Source: Raja brachyura
Taxonomy: Eukaryota
DNA length: 64,000 nucleotides
NCBI GenBank assembly: GCA_963514005.1
Contig: OY740811.1
Coordinates: forward strand, 31,496,001-31,560,000
Reading direction: 5' to 3'
Shown here: positions 1-11,175 of the stretch, one piece after another
Numbering within the stretch: position 1 is the first letter of the stretch
Layout: every line of letters begins with the position of its first letter
Translations under genes and position numbers: made by a program
Notes under the pieces: generated by a model
Databases searched by the model: none
Told to the model about the DNA's origin: nothing
What the model saw: only the letters and a program-made list of their open reading frames with translations

Positions 1-139
1 CAGTTCCTTCTTTAACAAGTAATGTGCATGTAGATGGGGGAAAACTGCAGATGCTGGTTCAGAGGGAAACAAATCTGCCGAGCTGCCCTACGTGTGTGTA
101 TATCCTTATTTAGTTCTGTTTTAACATATAGAGGATATT

Positions 140-890
140 CAGCTTGGGTAGCTTACAACCTAACAGTATGAACATTGAGTTCTCAAATTTTAGGTAACTC
201 TCTTCCCTGTGCCCCTGGTGGATACACAACCATTTCTCCATTAGCCCTTCACCTGCATTCCTTCCTCTGGCTTCTCAATTCATAATTCTACCCGTACCTC
301 ACCACATTTGTCTTCTCATCTCTGACTTTTGCCCAACCCAACCACAATGGTATCTTACCTATCACTCGGTAAGCAAACGAGCATCTGCAGTTCCTTGTCC
401 CTTCAGTAAGAAACCCAGTTAAATATACAACTCATGTAATTAGGGGCAGCTTAGGATTTTAAGAAAATCTGTTACCTTTAAGAGAACAAAACAAATGCTA
501 AAGATAGACACAAAATGCTGGAATAACTCTGGGGCACAGTGGTATGAATATTGATTTTTCTAACTTCAAGGAACCCCTGCTCCCTCTCTTCATCCATCCC
601 CCACCCAAGTTGTTCCAGCTTTAAAGTTGTCTTGTTAAGTCTAATTGTCTGTGCTCGTTCTCACTTAGCAAACAGCTAACAATGGCCCATTTCTTTTATC
701 ATCATTACTTTTTTGTCTATCTTTCTTTATTTTTTTCTATATCTCTCTCTATGTCACCATCTATATCACTCGTTTCCCTTTCCCCACCTTTCAGTCTGAA
801 GGGTCTCGACCCGAAACATCACCTATTCCTTTTCTCAAGAGATGCTGTCTGGGCTGCTGAGTTACTCCAGCTTTTTGTGTCTATCTTCAT
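140..890 (+). mobile_element. Decayed Penelope-like element 3' / pLTR fragments (two or more pieces)
   Basis: ttcagcttgggtagcttacaacctaacagtatgaacattgag (GIY-YIG C-terminal FRLGSLQP.GMNIEF-like) and the cagtctgaagggtctcgacccgaaac...gagttactccagc terminal block seen throughout the window. Boundaries approximate. Confidence 0.7.
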
Positions 891-1119
891 GTAATTCGGA
901 GTTAGTTTTACCAGCATCTTCTTTTCCTACTTTCCCCAAATTGCCACGGAAAGGATGTTTGGTTTAAGACCTATTGTTTCAGTTAATTAAGCAGCATAAT
1001 GCAGTTGGAAAATACATCAGTATTGATATCACCGACTTCTGAAGAATACAAGGAACATTTTCCATCTTATTGAAATACAAAATGTTATGGGAGAATGACA
1101 ATCTTGATAGGGTAGGGCA

Positions 1120-1616
1120 GGCTTGAAATTCAAATTCCTGGGTGTGCATATTTCCAAAGATCTTTCCTGGACCCAGCACACCGATGCAATTATAAAGAAG
1201 GCACATCACCGACTCTACTTCCTGAGAAGATTACGGAGATTTGGCACATTGAAGAAGATTATCCTAAACTTCTACAGGTGCACGGTAGAGAGCATTCTGA
1301 CTGGTTGCATCGTGGCCTGGTTGCGCAACTTGAACGTCACACACTTATCTCACCACTGCCATCAGGAAGAAGGTACAGGAAAACTATAACGTCCAGGTTC
1401 AGGAACAGCTTCTTCCCTACAGCCATCAGGCTATTAAACACAAAAATAAGCTCTGAACTGCAAAAGACTATATTATTATTGCACTATATTTGTTCCTTTT
1501 TTTTCTCTTCCCCTATGTTAATGTACTATGTTTACACATTCTGTTGTGCTGCAGCAAGTAAGAATTTCATTGTCCCATCCGGGACGTGTGACAATAAAAC
1601 ACTCTTGACTCTTGAT
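1120..1616 (+). mobile_element. Rex1/Babar-type LINE 3' fragment, internally deleted
   Basis: FKFLGVHISKDLSWTQHTDAIIKKAHHRLYFLRRLRRFG...FYRCTVESILTGCI and LPSGRRYR...RFRNSFFPTAIRLLN; tail AATAAA + (ctcttga)n. Confidence 0.85.
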
Positions 1617-4600
1617 TGACCTACTTCTGCTCCTATTTTCATTTGTTCGTCATAGAAACACATCTCTTTTTAATAAAGATCATCCATCCAGAACAGTTGG
1701 ATATCTAGCTATTTGAAGACCCATTTCGTCATCACACAGAGGTCTTGGGAACATCAGAGATGTTCAAAAATAACCTTCAAACATTTCTACCATTATGCAA
1801 AATATAATTAACCAAAAATTAATGTGGTACATTTACATATTTACACATGGTATAAAACCACAATTGACAGCAAACAAAGTCAGTTAGGAACAAGTACACA
1901 TGGTTTCCACAACACAAATGGGTAGTTGCTGAGAAACTACAAAAATACTGCTGGGAAGCAATTACTGGATTTGTTACAAAGCATCACTAAATATACATGC
2001 AAATGAAACATAAAGCTAGGTTGCAGTTCTGTTTAAGACTGGCACAATCAGCAGCACGCCTCCCTATATAGCAGCCTTTAAATGATGCAATATGCACGTG
2101 CTATTTCTTGTTTTTTTTTAAAGGATAATTTACAGACTAATTAAAAGGACAGAATACAAAAGGTGGAAGAGAACAGTAGTTAACCAAGGGATGCAAAACT
2201 GTAAGCATGTGAAAGCTACAAAAGGCAATTTGGGGTTATCACTACCAATAATAAAGCAAAATGCAAGTCATGCACAGGAAACTACACAAAATTCTTTCAA
2301 TTTTGCCGTGTTGTGTATTTTAATGGAAGTGCTCAGGTTACAAGATTATTGCCAACTTTCACAAATAAAAAACTGCAGGGGTGGACCATTTGGCCTCCTG
2401 TCTATTCCAGAATTCATTTAGTTCACAGTTGATCTTGCATACCAATATCATTTTTCAGCATGAATGTCTAATCCCATGATTCTCCTAATATCTGAAATTC
2501 ACAACACAACGATTTATATAGGTTTAATAATAATGAGAACCAATATTTTAATCTCAAAATAGAGTTTAATTTTTTCCAGCGCACGTTCGGTCTACCATAA
2601 TTCAGGGAAAAACATTTCAGAATAATGCCGTCCTCCCTGTAGTCTTTGCAGATGGCGTCCAGTGGGGAGTTTTCTAAAAATACTTGCGACCAAAACGAGG
2701 ACTAATGTCAAGCACATTGAATACCGTGCAGAAAAGGAGCTCGATCATATTTCATTTGCACGTTTCTCAATAATTGTTGATTGGCAACAAATAAACAGAA
2801 CATACGACATTCAAAGCTCTACAATGATTTGAACACGCACCACCCCTCTCGTTAGTTCAGCTTTTATATTACCACTGAATATACTGCGTGTCATGAGACA
2901 AAGGGCATTCTTGAGAAAAGGGCTTGTGTGTGCTGATTGCATAACTCAATACATAATTACCACCTTTGAGAAGAAAGCTTGAGTCATCTACTTTCAGTCT
3001 GTCCATCTCCCCCCGCCCTGGTATCTTGCACCATAGAATTTCACGCCCAGGGCCAATGGCAAAGAAATATAACCTTGATCCTTGATTAATAAATCCAGAG
3101 ATCCAGCAACAAACCTTTTACAACCAAGATCCATTTCAGGCCCAGCTTTGTGATATGCAGTTAATTTCCAACATGTCGAAATACATGGGATATAATTAAA
3201 ACATTACCCCACAAGAAAAAAACATGTGTCCGTCGAAATGGGTTTCTTAAAACCGCCAGAATTTGGCTGTTGCATCATTTTCTCTTTTTTTGTTTGACAC
3301 ATCAACTGAATTCAGTTCGCAATTTCAATCAGCATTTTAAAACGTAACCCCAGAGCAGCTACTCGCCAGAAAACCAGCTTTAACATTATCCCTCCACCCC
3401 CAAAAGAGTTTTCTGGAAACGCTTAAGTGATTTTTTTTTGGGTGCGTCTCAAATTTACAGCAAAATCGTGAGAAACATGTGACCCATCAGGCTTTTGTCA
3501 GTGCTTGTTTTTCAATGTATGTTTGAATGGTGACGTGATGCTTAAATACAAAATTTAATTAAAAAATATTTTATACTGGTGTCTTTTCTGAAACACTTAC
3601 TGTATTGTGGCATCACTACCCAAACTGTTGTCCTTTCCCCAAGAGAATTCTTTCCTTCTCTCCAACCCGATATAAATGTAACATATCCTAATTTTAGCGA
3701 TCTTGACCAAGTGTAGGTTGGACGCAAAGCCAGTTTTTGTTTTAATTTAGTGCAATGACTAAACGAAATGGCATCTTCCAAGAAGGATCACGCTTTTTTG
3801 TTTTAAAGATGGCATAGGACCGTGAGTGCTTGTTATTCCACTATTTTAAGCCACAAAGTAGTGTACATCTCTGGTGTTCCAGCAGCTCTCTCTCCTTCTC
3901 CCTGCTGGGGCAGAGGACGGGCTGCCACAAAATGGCGGACTCTCCAGAACTTTCCATCGCCTTAAAATGGCGCCCGAGTGGAACAAGGAGAGGGGGGGAG
4001 GAGGGAGGGACAAAGGGCTGAGCATGGACGCCATTCCTGCAAAGGAAAACCCCACCAACACGCCGCAGTTTTCTGACAAAGCTATTGGTAACGAGCTTTT
4101 GCGTTTTTTTTTTGAAGGTTGTATTTCCTCATTTCGGTGTTCCAAACAAAAAAATCTTCCCATAATCGTTCAAAGCGTCCAGAATTATAGTGTGAGTCGA
4201 AGGAGGCGCTTATACACGGGTTTAAAAAAAAATATATACAACGTCTATTCTTTAAAGAATGAAATAAATAGAGGTATCCCTGGAATGGCGCTCTCAAAAA
4301 GAGTTCCTCTCTATTTGCCGTGCTCCTGCACCGACGGCTGCAGCCCTTCCAGAACTTTCCTCCCAGTCACTGCGGTGAGTTAGACAGCGCGACTCGGCAC
4401 ACTCCCAGCCTCTGCGCACGCGCACTTCTCACTCGCGTCGGGCGCTGGGGGAGGGGAGGAGGCTGCACATTCCGCGCATGCGTATTTCCCACTCGCATCG
4501 AGCGCTGGGTGGGGGGAAAGAAGGACTGCACGTACCGCGCATGCGCCCGCGGCCGGCCTGCCCCAGGCGGCACATTCCGCGCACGCGCAGATGCCCGTGC

Positions 4601-4917
4601 TTGGGGGGGGGGAGGGGGCGGGGTGGGAGCGGGAGACCGGCGGGGGCGGTGCGTCGTAGACGCAGGCGCAGTGGCGGTACATTCCCCCCCCCCCCCCCCC
4701 CCCCACACCGCCTTGTCGGCTGGGAAGCTGACGGTGGATTTTCCGCGCGTGCGCGCTGCGGCGCGAAGCCGAAAGCGAACCCGGGGCATCGTGGCGCTTG
4801 CGCGCCCGCCCGCCCGCCGTGGAGGATTCGGCGCGTGCGCGGTGGGGCGAAGCCTCGGGTCTCGGGACGGACTGTTAGCGTCTCGAGGAAAAAAAAACCG
4901 CGTCAGGTCGGGCGGCC

Positions 4918-4994
4918 GAACGAACGAACGAACGAAGGAAGGAAGGAAGGAAGGAAGCAAGGCGGGCGAAGACGACAGAGAGAGAGAGAGTGTG
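4918..4994. repeat. (GAAC)n(GAAG)n and (AG)n microsatellites
   Basis: gaacgaacgaacgaacgaaggaaggaaggaaggaagg followed by agagagagagagag. Confidence 0.9.
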
Positions 4995-5119
4995 CGTTAA
5001 CCTCATGGTGGGATTTTACCTCACGGATTAACCCCCGGCCTCGGGGGCCGACAGACGCCAACAACCACCCCCCCCTCCGCCGATCCCAGACATTCACACA
5101 GTCCTATGACTCGCTAAGG

Positions 5120-5202
5120 ATGGTACGAGAAACCAGGCACCTCTGGGTGGGGAATTTGCCGGAAAATGTCCGCGAAGACAAGATTATCGAACATTTTAAA
5201 CG
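5120..5202 (+). CDS. SPEN: SPEN coding exon 1 (start of RRM1)
   Basis: ATG at 5120 gives MVRETRHLWVGNLPENVREDKIIEHFKR, the recognisable SPEN N-terminus; donor CG|GTAAGA; 83 nt, phase 2. Confidence 0.97.
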
Positions 5203-7941
5203 GTAAGAAATGAAGTCAAAACACTCTTCGGTGTGTGGGAAGGAGCCCGGCCTCCAGCTTGCTCGGGATGGACTGGAACCGGAGAAAGTGGCCGGTTGTC
5301 TTGCTGCAGCTGTGTGAGTGTGATCGGGACACACACGCTGCTGGTTAAGTTCACATCCTTCACTCCGCTAGTAAAAGGGGTCACAGGCGGCCCTACGGTA
5401 TTCCTATTGTTGTGTAGCAATGCCACAATCTCGGGCAAACTGCTCACTGGTGTCAGTCACCCCAACAGCTTTTGAACCCCTCCATTCCACAGAGAAGAAA
5501 GATCGTCCACTCGAAATGGGACACAAACACGTTTTCTCTCTTTTGTTTGTTATTCTAGCCCGTGACTTAGCTAAATGGCGATTGCGTGTTTTTCAAAGCA
5601 CAGCGTTTGCAAATGAAGTCAAGTTAGTGTTGGATGTGTGAATAGTTTGGGGAAGCTCCAGCCCCATGAGAGGGGAGGGGTGTGAAGGTCTGACTATGTT
5701 TTAGACACATGGGAGCTGTAATGGAGGCCAGGGCTGTCTGTGGGAAACGGGACTGGGGGAAGGGAGTCCAACACAACACATTTGCTGATAGCAAAGGTCC
5801 TAACTGGCGCTTATCTGCGATCAGAAACTGTTTGACACTGTATAGCAGAAAATAAACTTACAGGCTCGCGATACACGTCATTGCAATTGCCTTTAAATTT
5901 AAAAATAACTATTTGATGTGAAGTTTTAGGTACCTTGCTTTAAATATCTTCTAGAAAGGAGGCAGCGATCGAGTTGCAATTAGTTAAAGGTTCGGAATTG
6001 TTTGCCCTATAGTGAAGGATTGGAATTTGGAAACTACCTCATGTATTGTACATAACATGGTTACGCTGTGGAAGCTGGTTGCAAGTGGGTATACTGTTTG
6101 TGTCCAACTTCAATTGTTATGTGTTCAACGGTGTTGTTGATGTGAAAGGAAATGATAAAATTGGGATACTGAACGTAGCGTGTGGTGTTAGCGTGAGTAA
6201 AATGGCGGATCCCATTCTCGGCATCAAACCTCACGTTTGTCATTTGAAACATGTACTTTGTCGGAGGATGTGTAGTAAAATCTAATCTCCCACATTGTGT
6301 ATGATTCTGTGATTTCAAAGTATACAATAAATTGTTTTTGGGAAACATTATGCGTTAAAGATGCAGTATCTGCGTCTTTAATCTGAATTACATTAATTTT
6401 AATACAAAGGCATGTCCGAGCTATTGGAAGATTTATCACCACTATTGAAGTACAGCAGCTATGTCAATTGAGGTTATTATTTTAAAATAATGCGAAAAGG
6501 CCCGTCAGTTAATTTTATGGGAAATATCTTTATGAATTCCAAGGTGCATTAGTGATTTAACTCTGACTTCTTTGTTTTAATAAATAAACCTGTTAATTAA
6601 CCTTCCTGGTTTGTAACAATCCATGGAAGATCTCGGGCAACCTAGTTGACTTGATTTGCACCGTTTCGACATCGTGTTTAAAATGCTGCACCTGTCTTGA
6701 AAATCATCACCTTTATTGACGATTTATGTTGTCAAAAACGAAGGGTTTGGACCAAAATGCAGACGGCATTGTTCTAATACCTCTAGGTTTTCGCTTCTTG
6801 TCAGGCGTAGATATTGAGTAGGAATCAGTACTTGAAAGTGATGTGTACGATGGAAAACAAATTGTAGCAAGGGGGCCCATTATATTTTGGCAGCGTTCGG
6901 TGTTTTGATAAAGGATTTTGGTAAGAAGCTTCTATCTTTTTGGTTGATGGTGAAGTTGCCCAGTTACAGTTGCTTGGTGATTTATTCAAAGGCTATTAGA
7001 TTGTCAGTCTTAAATTAGATCTAGTTACTGGTTTACATCCAACAGTATCTATAGTTTGTGGAAAAATCTTATATTAAGTACATAGATCATGCATTTAATT
7101 ATTGTCCATGATCATAGTGAAGATAAACTTCATTTTTATTTCCCATTTATAACCATTCAAATCCAACCAAATAATACAATCATTTGATTGTATTTTTTTT
7201 AGGGACATGAACATATTTTGGTGCCTTTTTCCAGTCCAAAAAAAACTAAAATTAAAACATTTTGAATATGCATTTAATTGGCATAATGGTTACAAGCCCT
7301 GAAATCGGTTACGGTTTGCAGAATCTGCTGTCTATATTTATATTTAATTATAGAAGAGCGTTGTATTTCTGGTATAACAGTCTGAAATGCAAATAAGCTA
7401 GTTCCCACCCCTCCCCCACCGGAGAACGCGAGAAACGCGTCAGGGGGAGGGTGCAAAAGGTTTCAGATAGAAACGAGCTGGAACCGGGGGAAAAATGCAA
7501 AAAAACTTGTGGATTGTGCAACAAAGCTTTTGCTAATTCACGCTGTTACAATATTTGGTGCATTTAATATTTATATTTCATAACTGCAGGGAGAATTATT
7601 AGGAAATCGTTAACTTAAAGTGAATCTATGTTAGATCGGTGCGTTTTTCTTCCCTCGCACACCCCAGAGTATAATTAGAATATAGTAAAAAGTGTAAGTA
7701 AAGCTGGCGATGTCAGCAGGGATGGTCTGGATGCTTTCTCCAGCGAAAAGAAGATTTGGCATTAACATTTCAAATCGTTTAAATGTTCTTGGACACTGCA
7801 GTGTTGTCATATTTTTGGGTGTGTAAACATTTAGTGTGGACTATGATGAGGGCGTGGCCTCCTTGTGATCTGCTTTATTTTGCCAAAGTAAGCTACGTAG
7901 TTAACTAAGACTCAATTGTAGTAGCCGTCCAATTGGAACAA

Positions 7942-8064
7942 CTAAAAGCTCCCGCCCCCTCCCCTGGCATCAGTCTAAAGAAGGGTGTCGACCCGAAACG
8001 TCACCCATTCCTTCTCTTCAGGGATGCTACCTGACCCATTGAGTTACTCCAGCATTTTGTGTCT
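7942..8064 (+). mobile_element. Short Penelope-like terminal repeat with target-site duplication
   Basis: Family block flanked by aattggaacaa at 7931-7941 and 8065-8075. Confidence 0.8.
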
Positions 8065-9514
8065 AATTGGAACAATTATTGTTTAGGCCTCAGGATATTT
8101 AACATTTTTTGAGAAATGTTACCAATCGGTTGTAATACACTGTCCCATTTGAATTCTGGCTAGTTTGTATCCGCGATTTAAAAACAAAAGCATTTTCTTG
8201 TCATAAATAAATAACAGGCTATAGTCCATTTAAATAATACTGATTTATTTTGCCAAGAAGCTATAGGTTTAATTGTTTTTTTTTTAATCAAATGTGGGCC
8301 GATAACTTAAACTTAGTCTTCCAGACCATTCCCCTTATAAGGTCAGTTGTTTTCACTGACATGGGAAAAATCAGATTTATCCTGAAATCTGTAAAGCTTG
8401 TCAAGTATAAATTTAATGTTGCATTCAGTATTGGTCTGTGCTGTTTCCTGAGTTAACTTCAGAAGATTAATGTAAATTGTGTCATATGTCAAGCTCTTGA
8501 CATTGCTGCAGAATATCCCCTGTTCCACCCTACTTCCAAGACACATATCTACTGTACGTCAAAAAATGGCATATTTTCTGCGATCCACTAAAAAGTTGTG
8601 AGGTTACAGATTAATGTACAGTTTCTGGAAGTGTCATAATATATCAAGATCTTTCAATTTTAATTTCATTTAAGTAACAATGTTCAGGCTGATGTTGGAG
8701 TTAAATTCAAATTGGACATTTTCCATTCATAGTAGTTGTAGTACTGATCCATGTGTATATTTTCTGGTAATACAATGAAGTAAATTACACACAGGATGGT
8801 GGGATGACAGATTTGGCTTTGACATTGCATGGCTAGCAGTTAAAAGATGAATAATGAATCTGTAGATTTGTGTCCTTACTTTTTGTCCAAAATGTCTGGC
8901 TCCCAATTATCCGTTGAGGTTTAATAACACAATATTCAACAAAAGTGCCAGCTGCTCCCTGGCTGCTGTGTGTATCCGAGAGCTTTTGGTTTCATATGCA
9001 AAGAGGAAAAATCTTTTCCATTAATGCAAGAGAATTACTCTTACAACACTATCAGTAATAATTTAAGTATAATCATTTGAAAATTATAAATATATTAACT
9101 TTGTGTTAGTACAAGGATAATATTCTACAGTGAGGTCAAGCCATGTTGTGGGACCTGAGGCAAAAGTGTACGCTGACGTCTTAGTGAAAGGGGAATACAG
9201 CTGTATGTGGAATGGGCCTGGCTGGGCACCTCCCCGTCTGAGGTCATTTGTTGCCAGCCCCGATTGATCCTGGTCTTTTCTCCAGTTCTTCAGCCCTCCC
9301 CCACACTTTCAGTCTAAATAAGGGTCCTGACCGGAAACATTGCCGATTCTTTTTCTGCCTGACCTGCTGAGTTACTCCAGCACTTTGTATCTATATTAAA
9401 TCAAAGCCTGACCCTCTAATCACCTTGTAAAATAGCCTGTTGTTTTGAAAAACAAAGGGTGTTCTCGGTGGCTGATGTTGCCACACAAACTAATTGATCA
9501 TTTATGATATTGTG

Positions 9515-10031
9515 GGTCGACTCTGACCTCCCTACCATCGAGGGGATCTATCGCAGTCGCTGCCTCAAAAAGGCTGACAGCATCATCAAGGATCCACACC
9601 ATCCTGGCCACACACTCATCTTCCCGCTGCCTTTAGGTAGAAGGTACAGGAGCCTGAAATCTGCAACATCCAGGTTCAGGAATAGCTGCTTCCCCACAGC
9701 AATCAGGCTATTAAATTCAACTCAAACAAAACTCTGAACATTAATAGCCCATTGCACTTTATCTGCGTATTTATGTGTGTATATATATATTTATATATAT
9801 ATATATATTCAATGGTATATAGTCACACTGATCTGTTCTGTATTTATTTATGCCTACTATATTCTGTTGTGCTGAAACAAAGCAAGAGTTTCATTGTCCT
9901 GGGTACACAAAAGGCTGGTGAAACTCAGCGGGTGCAGCAGCATCTAAGGAGCGAAGGAGATAGGCGACGTTTCGGGTCGAGACCCTTCTTCAGACAATAG
10001 TTTTATTGTCCTATCTGGGACACATGACAAT
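9515..10031 (+). mobile_element. Rex1/Babar-type LINE 3' end with nested minus-strand Penelope-like repeat (9901-9996)
   Basis: LPTIEGIYRSRCLKKADSIIKDPHHPGHTLIFPLPLGRRYRSLK...RFRNSCFPTAIRLLN; (TA)n; nested copy flanked by duplicated attgtcct. Confidence 0.85.
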
Positions 10032-11080
10032 AAACTCTCTTGAATCTTGAATATGATGTTGCTGCATACTAATTTGCTGGTGGATTTGCCTACTTTCCAA
10101 TGGTATTTATATTCAGTAGCTTCTGTGAAGCGCTAAGGCATCCAGGGGATAAACAGCTCCATTGAAATGCAAGTTTCTTTAAATGTTAACATTGTATTGG
10201 CAATCTTCAGAATTTATAATTATTTACAACTTGTATGGTGGATTTTTCTTAAATTCATTTGACATGCAGTTTGTAGGTTAATTGGCCTCTAAATTGCTCC
10301 AAGTGTTGAAGGAATGGATGAGTAAATGGGATAACATAGAACTAGTGTATTACAGCTAGTGACGACATTTGCACAGACAAAATGAAATGTTGCCATTATT
10401 GTAATGTCAGAGAGAAGTTGACAAGAAAAATACTTGAATTGAGATAATGTAGGTAACAAATAATGCCAAAACACTGGTCTGCCTGGTCATACTGAGATAT
10501 CAGATTGTTAAGCAACACCTTGGCGGCATTACATTTGCGAGGTATATTTGGTTGTCTCTCTTACTTGGCTTTGAGCAATATTGTATACAGTGGTTACAAC
10601 ACATTATTCAGCCAACTCTTTTGTGAACATTAATGCAGTATTGTAGAAGTAGTGTGCAAAATTGTGTACGAGGATTGTTTTAGTTTTGGAATATCAGTTA
10701 TCATGTTCTGGCGGTTTTAGTAATCGCCTTTGACGTTTACTTTTAGTTTTGTCCAGTCTGCTATCCATTCTGCTGCTTTTACTTCGATTTCATATGCTTT
10801 GGGTTAAGTTGCATCTTCTCAAAGACATATTGCATCTTGGAAATCTGAAACTGAAAAACCTGGGAAAACACCATATGTCAGGCTAGATGCAGCCCAGCCC
10901 AAAGAGCATTTCTGAAATGTTCTATTTCAATAAAAATTAACAGAGCTTACTGTTCAGTTTTGGAACAGGTTGACTATTCTGTGTTATATTTTATGCATGT
11001 TTTTCGATTGAATCTTTGAATATGTTAGTGGCCTTATTTTTTAATACATTGGCACCTAAACACTACATTGATGGAGTTGA

Positions 11081-11175
11081 AGGTAGACACATAATGCTGG
11101 AGTAACTCAGCCGGGACAGGCAGCATCTCTGGAGAGAAAGAATGGGTGATATTTCGGGGAGACCCTTCTTCATAG
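11081..11175 (-). mobile_element. Short Penelope-like terminal repeat with 14-bp TSD
   Basis: attgatggagttga at 11067-11080 and 11176-11189. Confidence 0.85.

Larger units (their letters stand above)
3850..5400 (+). promoter_or_regulatory. CpG-island promoter / 5'UTR of SPEN
   Basis: Very GC- and CpG-rich relative to AT-rich flanks and overlapping exon 1; NRF1-type GCGCAYGCGC motifs, YY1-type AAAATGGCG motifs, GC boxes and G-runs. TSS cannot be determined. Confidence 0.85.

Noticed and set aside
2644-2662. GCAGATGGCG as a possible CTCF site
   Set aside because: Lacks the upstream CC of the core motif; too weak to call.
3846-5119. Long overlapping ORFs (169-242 aa) on both strands upstream of SPEN, including an apparent N-terminal extension in ORF 4478..5206
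   Set aside because: Low-complexity R/G/P/A translations expected from a stop-poor CpG island; recognisable SPEN sequence starts at ATG 5120.
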